Origin: Candidatus Bipolaricaulia bacterium | GTDB taxonomy: Bacteria > Bipolaricaulota > Bipolaricaulia > JBHIAT01 | Direction of reading: 5' to 3' | Length of the DNA stretch: 55,702 bases | Assembly (NCBI GenBank): GCA_046758705.1 | Contig: JBHIAT010000003.1 | Coordinates: 1-55,702, forward strand | Shown here: piece after piece, positions 27,258 through 34,940 of the stretch | How positions within the stretch are numbered: position 1 is the stretch's first letter | Layout of the letters: every line of letters starts with the position of its first letter | Position numbers and translations under genes: made by a program | The notes under the pieces: model-generated | Databases searched by the model: none | Told to the model about the DNA's origin: nothing | The model's input: the letters and a program-made list of their open reading frames with translations, nothing else

Positions 27258-29494
27258 AGCTGGAGGTGAAAGGGGTGAGCCACGGCCTGCGCTGTCTGGA
27301 CAAGGCCGACGATAACAACGACTGCAAGGTGACGGTCACCTTCGAGGACACCGGCACGCTCCAGCTGAAGTGGGTCCGGGTTCAGCAGAATAAGGACGGT
27401 ACCACCTACCTCCCCACCGACTTCAACGCGACCCAGCTGGAGCGCCGGCTCGTGAACATCTTTCCCATCGCCAGCAATGACCTGGACGCTACCCGGGGTT
27501 TATTGGATTACGGGTCCGGGACGCTCGACTTCGATCTGCTCCTCGCCAATCTACATATAATGAAATTCTTTGACGGTTGCTGGACTTGGGCGGATCTTAG
27601 TGGCTGCCAGCGCCTGTACTACGGGATCGTGGTAGGTCCCACAGAAGAAGGCATCGGCGGACTGGGGGAAAGACCCGGCGTCGTCTCAGCCGGGAAGTTT
27701 GGAAATGGTGCGCGGTATAACACTCACGCCCACGAGATAGGTCATAACCTGGGCCGCTACCACGCGGTGGACTCCACCCTGGGCACACATTTCAGCGAAT
27801 ATTATAACGACTCCGCCTACCAGGGCTATTGCGGCGAGGAGGCCCTCCTCTCGGCCCCGGACTTCCCCTACTTCGCGATAGACCTAGGAGATATGGTGGC
27901 TACTATCGGACCCATGGACCAGGGCGTAAATCGCCTCATCCACGGTATGCGTACCAATACATTGGATTTCAACCAAGTGGGGATATGGACCCCCTTCAGT
28001 GCCTTCGAGTTGATGAGCTACTGTGGTGACAGCATTCGGTGGATCTCCGACTACACCTACGAAGCCGTCCACGACCGCATCAACGAGCTTTTCCCACCTC
28101 CCCCTAAGAAGTTCTTCCTGGAGTCTGCTATATACCTTGTGATAGCGGGCATTATGGAACTGGACACAGGCGCTACCCGCTTCCTGCCCTTCCACACGGT
28201 GGAAAGCAGGCTCGAGCCACCCCAGATGCCCGAGGGACCCTTCACGCTATTGCTCCTGGACCGGCGGAACCAAGTCATCAATCGAGTTCCCTTCCAACCC
28301 AACATCCACGCTGGCCAAGCGGTGGGCCCAGTTGGCGAACCTCCCATCCGCACTGGGAACTTCGTCATTCCGGTGCCCTTTGACGAGCGCATGGTCAGGG
28401 CCGAGGTGCGGGATGAAACCGGACGGACGCTGGTCTCGGTGGACCGGAGTGCCAACCCCCCCCAGGTGGAGGTGGTCTCTCCCAATCGAGGCGAACGACT
28501 CCGGGGTCGAGAAGCCACCTTCTCCTGGACCGGCCGAGATGCCGACGGGGACCCCCTGAGCTACCTGGTGCAGGTCAGCACCGACTGCGGCGAGACCTAT
28601 GACACCCTAGCGGTAGACCTCCGCAACACCACCCTCACCGTGCCGGTGGAAGTCATCGGGGGGACGGACTGCGGCCTGCTTCGGGTCAGCGCCAGCGACG
28701 GGTTCAACTCTACTCAGGACGTCTCCGACGCACCGTTTACCATCCCCAACCAAGCGCCTCACGTCACCATCGTCAGGCCACAGGATGACGCAACGGCCCC
28801 GGGCGGCGAACTCTTTGAAGGCTCCGCCTTCGACCCGGAAGACGGCGCACTGCGCGGTGAGAGCCTGGAGTGGCGCTCCGACCGGGATGGACGCCTGGGT
28901 ACTGGGGAGGTCCTGTTCACCCTCCTCTCTGCGGGGAGGCATCGGATCACCCTTACCGCTCGGGACAGCGATGGCACCGTAGCTCGGGATGTGGTAACTT
29001 TCGTGGTCGAGGTTGCGGATCTCGTTACTGGCCAGCCTCCTCAGCCTCCTCAGCCTCCTCAGACTCAAGCTCCGACCACCGCGCCAAGACGTGGACGCAG
29101 TTTTCACCTCGGCTATTTCCCACCAGGGGCGTTCGCCACGGTCGCGTTGGATGTGGAACGCCCTCTTACCGACAATCTGTCCATCGTCGGTCTGGTGGGG
29201 TACCATCCCGCTCTCAGCACATCCATTATTGGCTCTTATACCAACGCATCCGTGAACGTCAGGATCTACTCCTCCACCTCGCGCTGGCGGTGGTTCCTTC
29301 AAGGTGGTCCGGGCGTCGTCTACCTGGTCGACCCAGGACCGACTAGCCCTATGCCTATGCCAAGTGCGCCCATCTTTGGGTTGAACGTTGGAGCCGGAAT
29401 CGATCTTGCGATTGGATCGAGACTGTCATTGGAGCTCAGTATCAATGTACATCCTGCCCCGGATCCGACACTGGGTGTGAAGTTCCGGTTCTAA
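27131..29494 (+). CDS. C-terminal segment of the secreted zinc metalloprotease (HExxH), Ig/FN3-like repeats, PPQ linker, beta-barrel-like tail
   Basis: 787-aa ORF. HEIGHNLGRYH zincin motif, repeated Ig-like modules (..FSWTGRDADGDPLSY..), a 9-bp x3 tandem repeat encoding PPQPPQPPQ (29033-29059), and a terminal ~150 aa with alternating hydrophobic residues ending ..LGVKFRF. The true N-terminus is probably supplied by 26166..27237 through a frameshift. Confidence 0.65.
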   Translation: MHRHGGQGQRPEKTRELFRRSPSLPCQQRQLLAAPPWLWGTIELEVKGVSHGLRCLDKADDNNDCKVTVTFEDTGTLQLKWVRVQQNKDGTTYLPTDFNATQLERRLVNIFPIASNDLDATRGLLDYGSGTLDFDLLLANLHIMKFFDGCWTWADLSGCQRLYYGIVVGPTEEGIGGLGERPGVVSAGKFGNGARYNTHAHEIGHNLGRYHAVDSTLGTHFSEYYNDSAYQGYCGEEALLSAPDFPYFAIDLGDMVATIGPMDQGVNRLIHGMRTNTLDFNQVGIWTPFSAFELMSYCGDSIRWISDYTYEAVHDRINELFPPPPKKFFLESAIYLVIAGIMELDTGATRFLPFHTVESRLEPPQMPEGPFTLLLLDRRNQVINRVPFQPNIHAGQAVGPVGEPPIRTGNFVIPVPFDERMVRAEVRDETGRTLVSVDRSANPPQVEVVSPNRGERLRGREATFSWTGRDADGDPLSYLVQVSTDCGETYDTLAVDLRNTTLTVPVEVIGGTDCGLLRVSASDGFNSTQDVSDAPFTIPNQAPHVTIVRPQDDATAPGGELFEGSAFDPEDGALRGESLEWRSDRDGRLGTGEVLFTLLSAGRHRITLTARDSDGTVARDVVTFVVEVADLVTGQPPQPPQPPQTQAPTTAPRRGRSFHLGYFPPGAFATVALDVERPLTDNLSIVGLVGYHPALSTSIIGSYTNASVNVRIYSSTSRWRWFLQGGPGVVYLVDPGPTSPMPMPSAPIFGLNVGAGIDLAIGSRLSLELSINVHPAPDPTLGVKFRF

Positions 29495-29727
29495 AGCCAG
29501 AGGATCCCGCAACTGTCCCTATAGATGTCAATGATGCGCCACCGAAGCAACCGTGAGGTGGCCCGGACTTTCTAACCCCGGTATGCGGAGACGCGGTCTT
29601 GCATCCTGGTCAGAGGGGATGTAAAATGAGGTTGTTATCAAGAGACATGAAAGTATTCAGAAATGGTCACTAACATGGCCCAAAATAACAAAAAGAGCAT
29701 GAGGATAACCGGCTCAACCCCCAGAAG

Positions 29728-29970
29728 GTGTTCAACTACACCCTAAGAGCAGGCAATCGTGCTGTCCTGAAGCGCTTCGGTTACATCGCTGAGACCTTGG
29801 AACTGTTCGATACGGACGTGCTTGAAACGTTCAGAGGAGATCTCAGCGGCGGTTACAGCGCACTTGATCCGGGGCTCGCCGAGTCGGATGGCGAGCGCAA
29901 CGCTCGCTGGCGGTTGATCATCAACTTCGATGTCCGAGCAACTATCCCCGGAGGGCAGGGTACTGAATGA
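29728..29970 (+). pseudogene. AbiEi-like antitoxin C-terminal fragment
   Basis: Only 80 aa, far shorter than AbiEi-type proteins. Overlaps by ATGA an AbiEii-like N-terminal fragment, as in intact abiEi-abiEii operons. By-eye call. Confidence 0.4.
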
Positions 29971-30162
29971 TCGGGACCCAGGAGATTCGCCAACGAGCGA
30001 TACAGGCCGGTGTGGATGAGACCGTCATCGAGCGCGATTACATGCTCTCATGGGTATTGCATGCCGTCTGTCACGTTGATTGAAGATGAGGTGTTGGCCG
30101 AAAAGCTGCGGGCCTTGTACTCCCAGCGTGCGCTGGAAGTTCTCCAGCAAATCGAGCAATGA
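29967..30162 (+). pseudogene. eroded AbiEii/AbiGii-type nucleotidyltransferase toxin remnant
   Basis: MIGTQEIRQRAIQAGVDETVIERDYMLSWVLHAV.. (typical AbiEii N-terminus) stops at 30083. A shifted frame (30082-30162) then encodes EDEVLAEKLRALYSQR.., resembling the conserved AbiEii C-terminal helix. Most of the gene is missing. Confidence 0.5.
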
Positions 30163-30221
30163 TATAGAGAAATTTCAACGGGGTTGCCTCGGCAGGCACC
30201 GATCGATTAAGCTGAAACAGG

Positions 30222-30701
30222 ATGGTGCGAAACCGAACCAACCACGAGGTAGCCCGGATCTTCTACCGACTGGCCCTGCTGTTGGAGTATCAGGAGGTCC
30301 CGTTCAAGCCCCGGGCCTACCGACGGGCGGCCGCAGAGATCGAGGCATTCTCTGAAGTAATCGAGCGGGTGTGGCGGGAAGGACAATTGGAAAAACTCCC
30401 CGGGGTCGGAGTCAACATCGCCAATAAGATCGACGAGTACTTTCGTACGGGGAAGGTGGCGACGCTCGAGCGGCTGAAGCGCGAGGTGCCCGTTGATGTC
30501 AGGGTACTGGAGATCGACGGGATCGGGCCGAAGACGGCGAGGCGGCTCCACGAGGCGCTCGGGGTCCGAGACCTGGACGATCTGAGGCAAGTAGTCGAGG
30601 CAGGGAGGCTCCGCGAGCTCAAGGGATTGGGTAAGAAGTTCGAAGGACAGATCCGCAAAAGTCTTACATCGGTCAAGGACTCCAAAGCTGATGACCACTG
30701 A
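30222..30701 (+). CDS. PolX-family N-terminal helix-hairpin-helix fragment (8-kDa + fingers-like), truncated
   Basis: 159 aa. NHEVARIFYRLALLLEYQEVPFKPRAYRRAA, LPGVGVNIANKI and IDGIGPKTARRLHE HhH motifs as in the PolX N-terminus. Palm and PHP domains are absent. The stop overlaps the cas4 start by 11 nt. Confidence 0.65.
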   Translation: MVRNRTNHEVARIFYRLALLLEYQEVPFKPRAYRRAAAEIEAFSEVIERVWREGQLEKLPGVGVNIANKIDEYFRTGKVATLERLKREVPVDVRVLEIDGIGPKTARRLHEALGVRDLDDLRQVVEAGRLRELKGLGKKFEGQIRKSLTSVKDSKADDH

Positions 30702-31206
30702 GCCATCTAATTCTCTCATATACACTGGTACACAGGTAAACTACTACCTTGTTTGCAAGCGAAAGCTCTGGCTGTTCAGCCACGATTTGGAGATGGAACA
30801 TACCTCCGATGCCGTGCTTATCGGCAGGTTGATTCATGAGTCGTCATATCCCCGAGAGCACAAGGAGCTGATGATCGACGAGAAGATCGTTATCGACTTC
30901 TCCAGCAGGCAGGGAGTGATCAACGAGGTGAAGAAGTCGAGCAAGGTCGAGGAAGCCCATAGGTACCAACTGCTCTATTACCTGTACTATCTCAAACGCA
31001 AGGGTGTCGAGAATGTCACAGGGGCCATCCGCTATCCGAAACTGCGTCGAAAGGTCGAGGTTGAGTTGACTGAGGAGGCAGAGCGGGAGATAGAGAGGAT
31101 TCTGGAGCGGGTCGGCGAGGTCATCACTGCACAAGATCCCCCGCCCAGATTAGATAAGCACTCATTCTGCAAGAAGTGCAGCTACTTCGAACTCTGCTAT
31201 TCCTGA
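30691..31206 (+). CDS. cas4: CRISPR-associated exonuclease Cas4
   Basis: 171 aa. N-terminal Cys (YYLVCKRKLW), a RecB-like core (DEKIVIDF...EVKKS), and a C-terminal CKKCSYFELC cluster. Confidence 0.85.
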   Translation: MTTEPSNSLIYTGTQVNYYLVCKRKLWLFSHDLEMEHTSDAVLIGRLIHESSYPREHKELMIDEKIVIDFSSRQGVINEVKKSSKVEEAHRYQLLYYLYYLKRKGVENVTGAIRYPKLRRKVEVELTEEAEREIERILERVGEVITAQDPPPRLDKHSFCKKCSYFELCYS

Positions 31207-31216
31207 GTCCGAGGAG

Positions 31217-32218
31217 GTGGTCATGGGGCGAAATTACTATATCAGCAGCAGCGGTACGCTGAGGCGCAAACAGAATACCATCTATCTTGAGAACGAGGCA
31301 GGTAAGCGACCGATCCCAGTAGAGGATGTTGACGCGTTCTATATCTTTGGGGAAGTCACTTTGAACACCAAACTGCTCGATTTCTTGGCTCAAAAACACA
31401 TACCGGTCCACTTTTTCAACTACTACGACTACTACTCGGGAAGCTATTACCCCCGGGAATACTTGAACTCCGGGTTCTTGCTGGTTCAACAGGTATCGCA
31501 TTACACCGACCTTGAGAGGCGGATGGTGCTAGCCCGGGAGACCGTGAACTCGGCCTGCCACAACCTGCTTCGCAATCTAAAATATTACAAGAACCGGGTC
31601 GAAGCGCCCGAGTTGGGACAGATCATCGAGGCAATTGAAGCAGAGCAGGAGGCTCTCACGGCGGCGGCGGATCCGCTCTCGCTGATGGCAATTGAGGGCC
31701 GGATCCGGGAGCGTTACTACAGGAGTTTCAACTTCATCCTGAACCTCGACGAGCCGTTCGTCAAGCGGGTGAAGCGGCCGCCTGACAACGTGATCAACAC
31801 GCTGATCTCGTTCGGGAACTCCCTGCTGTACGCCACGACACTGAGTGAGATCTACCGGACGCAACTCAACCCGACGGTCAGCTTTCTGCATGAGCCGGGG
31901 GAGCGGCGATTCTCGTTGAGTCTGGATATCAGCGAGATCTTCAAACCACTGATTGTCGATCGGGTGATCTTCAAGCTGGTGAATAACCGGATGTTAAAGG
32001 AAAAACATTTCGAGAGGGACCTTAACTACTGTTATCTGAAGGAGGAGGGCCGTGACATCTTTCTCAGGCAGTACGATGAGCGGCTCAACCAGACGATACA
32101 GCACAGACAGCTGCGCAAGCATGTCTCGTATCAGCGGTTAATCCGCCTGGAGTGCTACAAGCTGATCAAGCATTTGAGCGGCACCGAGGATTACCAAGGG
32201 TTCAAGATGTGGTGGTGA
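31217..32218 (+). CDS. cas1: CRISPR-associated endonuclease Cas1 (I-B-like)
   Basis: 333 aa. N-terminal YYISSSGTLRRKQNTIYLE, plus IEGRIRERYY, NTLISFGNSLLY and HEPGERRFSLSLDISEIFKP, all typical Cas1 motifs. Confidence 0.9.
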   Translation: MVMGRNYYISSSGTLRRKQNTIYLENEAGKRPIPVEDVDAFYIFGEVTLNTKLLDFLAQKHIPVHFFNYYDYYSGSYYPREYLNSGFLLVQQVSHYTDLERRMVLARETVNSACHNLLRNLKYYKNRVEAPELGQIIEAIEAEQEALTAAADPLSLMAIEGRIRERYYRSFNFILNLDEPFVKRVKRPPDNVINTLISFGNSLLYATTLSEIYRTQLNPTVSFLHEPGERRFSLSLDISEIFKPLIVDRVIFKLVNNRMLKEKHFERDLNYCYLKEEGRDIFLRQYDERLNQTIQHRQLRKHVSYQRLIRLECYKLIKHLSGTEDYQGFKMWW

Positions 32219-32223
32219 TTTAG

Positions 32224-32487
32224 GTGTATGTGATAATCGTCTATGACATCGGAGTAACTCGGGTAACGAAGGTTTGTAACTATCTCAGGCAGTATCTCAA
32301 CTGGGTTCAGAACTCAGTGTTTGAGGGAGAGGTGACGAAGGGGAAGCTGGAGAAGATCAGGGCGGGGTTAAAAAAGCGGATTGACGACGAAGTGGACTCG
32401 ATTTACATCTATAAGGTGAGAAATGAGAAGTGGCTCGACCGGGAAGTGATGGGGACGGAGAAGAGCCCGACAGATACTATCATCTAA
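32224..32487 (+). CDS. cas2: CRISPR-associated endoribonuclease Cas2
   Basis: 87 aa. MYVIIVYDI...QNSVFEGE ferredoxin-like Cas2 pattern. GTG start. Confidence 0.9.
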   Translation: MYVIIVYDIGVTRVTKVCNYLRQYLNWVQNSVFEGEVTKGKLEKIRAGLKKRIDDEVDSIYIYKVRNEKWLDREVMGTEKSPTDTII

Positions 32488-32533
32488 TCCTGTTGAGTAG
32501 TAATTTAGATCTTTCCACACTCTTGCCTTTCTG

Positions 32534-32562
32534 TTGCGAAAAAGTCGTCGACCTCCTATAAT
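32534..32562 (+). promoter_or_regulatory. candidate CRISPR-1 leader promoter
   Basis: TTGCGA (32534-39), 17 nt, TATAAT (32557-62). The spacer contains AAGTCGTCGACCTCC, the same 15-mer that forms the downstream leader hairpin. Confidence 0.4.
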
Positions 32563-32642
32563 CAGGTTTGGATACGCGGAAATTTCTGGGTTTGAGGGCA
32601 GGTCATTGACAAGTGAATAGAGTCCTGAAGCGAGTTTCCGAA

Positions 32643-32690
32643 AAGTCGTCGACCTCCTGGGTTTTTTACATAACCGGAGGTCGACGACTT
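32643..32690 (+). promoter_or_regulatory. perfect 15-bp-stem inverted repeat in the CRISPR-1 leader
   Basis: AAGTCGTCGACCTCC (32643-57) ...18-nt loop... GGAGGTCGACGACTT (32676-90). Preceded by the conserved box GGTCATTGACA (32601-11). Both elements recur in the CRISPR-2 leader. Confidence 0.75.
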
Positions 32691-32754
32691 ACTGGTGTGG
32701 GAGTAGCGCGGCTTGGAAGGAGTGAAGCTCGAAAATCTGACTCTGAACTCCGGG

Positions 32755-32785
32755 TTTCTAATTGAACCTAAGATAGTATTGAAAC
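32755..32785 (+). repeat. degenerate CRISPR repeat embedded in the leader
   Basis: tttctaattgaacctaagatagtattgaaac compared with the consensus cttctaatcgaaccaagatggtattgaaac has 1 insertion and about 3 substitutions. It is followed by a 20-nt segment ending in the conserved leader-repeat junction atattgc. Confidence 0.7.
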
Positions 32786-32805
32786 TAAACTTGCCTAAAT
32801 ATTGC

Positions 32806-33887
32806 CTTCTAATCGAACCAAGATGGTATTGAAACCTGATACATGGCAAGTGGCGGATTCGGGTACAGGAACTTCTAATCGAACCAAGATGGTATTGAAA
32901 CACGGGTCTCGAAGTCCTCATAGCCTTGCCACAGGACCTTCTAATCGAACCAAGATGGTATTGAAACACCTTCTCAAGATTGGATCTTCCGGTCGTCTCT
33001 CTGACTTCTAATCGAACCAAGATGGTATTGAAACAGGTTCGCTCGTCTTCGCTCAGTCCGTAACGAGCTCTTCTAATCGAACCAAGATGGTATTGAAACC
33101 AGGTAGGGCACACGTGCAAGGGGAAAGGCAGCCGTCTTCTAATCGAACCAAGATGGTATTGAAACTGAGGATAAAAAGATGTGGAACCGGGCAAAGGCGG
33201 CCTTCTAATCGAACCAAGATGGTATTGAAACAGCGCAATGATCTCACCCGTCCCGACACCGGAGGGCTTCTAATCGAACCAAGATGGTATTGAAACGCGA
33301 TTCTTCCGAGAGTTAAAATATTAGGGCCAAACCTTCTAATCGAACCAAGATGGTATTGAAACTGGAGAACCCCCTGCATCAGCCCTTGCTTCAGCTTGCT
33401 TCTAATCGAACCAAGATGGTATTGAAACGGATTCAGTGACAGTGGACAACGCTCCGATGATCACTTCTAATCGAACCAAGATGGTATTGAAACAAGGCGA
33501 GGACGGTAAGAAGGCTAAAGAGGACTGACTTCTAATCGAACCAAGATGGTATTGAAACTCTCGTAATCGTGCAGCTTGACCGCGTACATAAACGCTTCTA
33601 ATCGAACCAAGATGGTATTGAAACGATACCAAGCTTGCGACTACCACCCATCCATTCTCCTTCTAATCGAACCAAGATGGTATTGAAACACAGGTAACCC
33701 TTAATGATGTACAGGATGTTATTCCCTTCTAATCGAACCAAGATGGTATTGAAACGAGGTTATCAGCTTGGCGCTGTACCTCACCTGATCCTTCTAATCG
33801 AACCAAGATGGTATTGAAACACGAAAAACAGCAGAGGAAGCCCTACCTCTACGAAAACTTCTAATCGAACCAAGATGGTATTGAAAC
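32806..33887 (+). CRISPR. CRISPR array 1: 17 repeats of 30 nt, 16 spacers of 35-37 nt
   Basis: Repeat CTTCTAATCGAACCAAGATGGTATTGAAAC begins at 32806, 32872, 32938, 33005, 33070, 33136, 33202, 33267, 33333, 33399, 33464, 33529, 33595, 33660, 33726, 33791 and 33858. The 3' ATTGAAAC matches the Cas6-type 8-nt crRNA handle, so transcription is on the plus strand. Confidence 0.97.
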
Positions 33888-33943
33888 GTGGGCGAACGGA
33901 GATCAAGGGAGGACGGAGGGAGAGGATAACTGTGGAAGGTTGC

Positions 33944-34162
33944 TCAATCAGCAGGACTTTCTCTTCTCTTCAACAAGGCTCGTCGGATCGCACTCTTTGA
34001 ACGCTTTATCATGCGAAAGGCAGGACCCACCTTTAGTTCTTCAAGTTCACCCAGGCCATATTCGGCGGTATCGTGATTTTCCAGCCACTCAACGATCTGT
34101 TCGTCAGTCCAATCGCTCATATCAGGCGGCTCTTTCAGCTTTTTCTTCTTTACTTTTGCCAT
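33944..34162 (-). CDS. brnA: BrnA/CopG-type antitoxin
   Basis: Start placed at MAKVKKKKLKEPPDMSDW (34162), 5 nt after the brnT stop. The ..IVEWLENHDTAEY.. motif resembles the FWETHD motif of DUF497-partner antitoxins. Confidence 0.55.
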   Translation of the reverse strand: MAKVKKKKLKEPPDMSDWTDEQIVEWLENHDTAEYGLGELEELKVGPAFRMIKRSKSAIRRALLKRRESPAD

Positions 34163-34167
34163 AAGAA

Positions 34168-34563
34168 TCACCTCCTTTGCTTTCGTCTCTTCAGATACAT
34201 TCTGCGCTCCGATTGGGTCATCTCTCGTGCAGTTCTTAACCACCCTCGTCGATTTCCTAAACCTAATGCCACGACCATCAGGTAACGCCCCGCGTCTGTT
34301 TGCCCGAAGACCTGATAGACTTTGCCACCTACACGCCGCAAGAAAGGCAAGTCCCTAAATACCTCTCCCACTTCATCTATCGTGACACCATGGCGTGCAA
34401 TGTGAGCCTCTCTTTCCGAATCCCACTCCAGAACTCTTATCTCCGGCAAGGCAGGTTGCAGCTCTTCTCTTTCTCTCCCCACCCTTCTTCTCTCCCTTGC
34501 CGTAGGGACCTTTAACCGCACCCTTGCTCTGCTGCGGCTCAGCAAAATATCACGGACCGCCAT
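34168..34563 (-). CDS. brnT: BrnT-family (DUF497) ribonuclease toxin
   Basis: LEWDSEREAHIARHGVTIDEVGEVF...GQTDAGRYLMVV...TAREMTQSERRMY matches the DUF497/BrnT pattern (WD..K...N..KHG..F.E). The true start may lie downstream of 34563. Confidence 0.65.
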   Translation of the reverse strand: MAVRDILLSRSRARVRLKVPTARERRRVGREREELQPALPEIRVLEWDSEREAHIARHGVTIDEVGEVFRDLPFLRRVGGKVYQVFGQTDAGRYLMVVALGLGNRRGWLRTAREMTQSERRMYLKRRKQRR

Positions 34564-34794
34564 TGCAGCTTATTATACCACCAGCTCGCCCAGCATCCAA
34601 TTCTATTTCGTCGGCAAGACTAACAGACTCCCCCCTGCTTGGAGATCACCGATGTCTTGCCCTACAAACGATAGTATGACCTGGTGTGTAAGTCAAGATA
34701 AACGGGGAGGACTGTCTATACCCACAATAGATCAAGGGCTTCGTCAATCCACCTGTAAATCTCGCCCCGCTCCCGTCGGAGCCGGGAAAAAGGC

Positions 34795-34823
34795 TTGATT
34801 CTGCAAACCGGCTATGGTATAAG
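34795..34823 (+). promoter_or_regulatory. candidate promoter of the cas6-cmr operon
   Basis: TTGATT (34795-800), 17 nt, TATAAG (34818-23), about 115 nt upstream of the cas6 GTG start. Confidence 0.3.
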
Positions 34824-34940
34824 TGATATTAAGAACGCTGTCCGAAGTGGGTCCCGAGCTTTGATCCAATCTGAGCAGCAGTTATCAACACATGGCCCGC
34901 ATCTCAACTTGCGTTCAGCATATCCGAGCCCGGGGGAACC

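Noticed and set aside
32601-32611. The GGTCATTGACA box in both leaders as the CRISPR promoter -35
   Set aside because: No conserved -10-like hexamer follows at 16-18 nt in either leader (AGCGAG and GCAAGT). It is kept only as a conserved box of unknown role. The upstream TTGCGA/TATAAT element is the better promoter candidate.
32643-32690. The leader hairpin as a rho-independent terminator for cas2
   Set aside because: No U-tract follows the stem on the plus strand. The T-run lies in the loop. A TTTT follows only on the minus strand in leader 1 and is not conserved in leader 2.
32562-33647. ORFs on both strands across CRISPR array 1 (e.g. 32562..33194 -, 33053..33379 -, 33402..33647 -, 32802..33011 +) and across array 2 (55349..55603 +, 55354..55554 -)
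   Set aside because: Their proteins are periodic translations of the 30-nt repeat (FQYHLGSIRR / SNRTKMVLK recurring every 22 codons). These are array artefacts, not genes.
32806-33887. Minus-strand orientation of array 1, suggested by the degenerate repeat at its cas2-proximal end
   Set aside because: The repeat ends in ATTGAAAC on the plus strand (the Cas6-type 8-nt handle). Both arrays share conserved upstream leader blocks and an identical ATATTGC junction on that side. All cas genes are on the plus strand.
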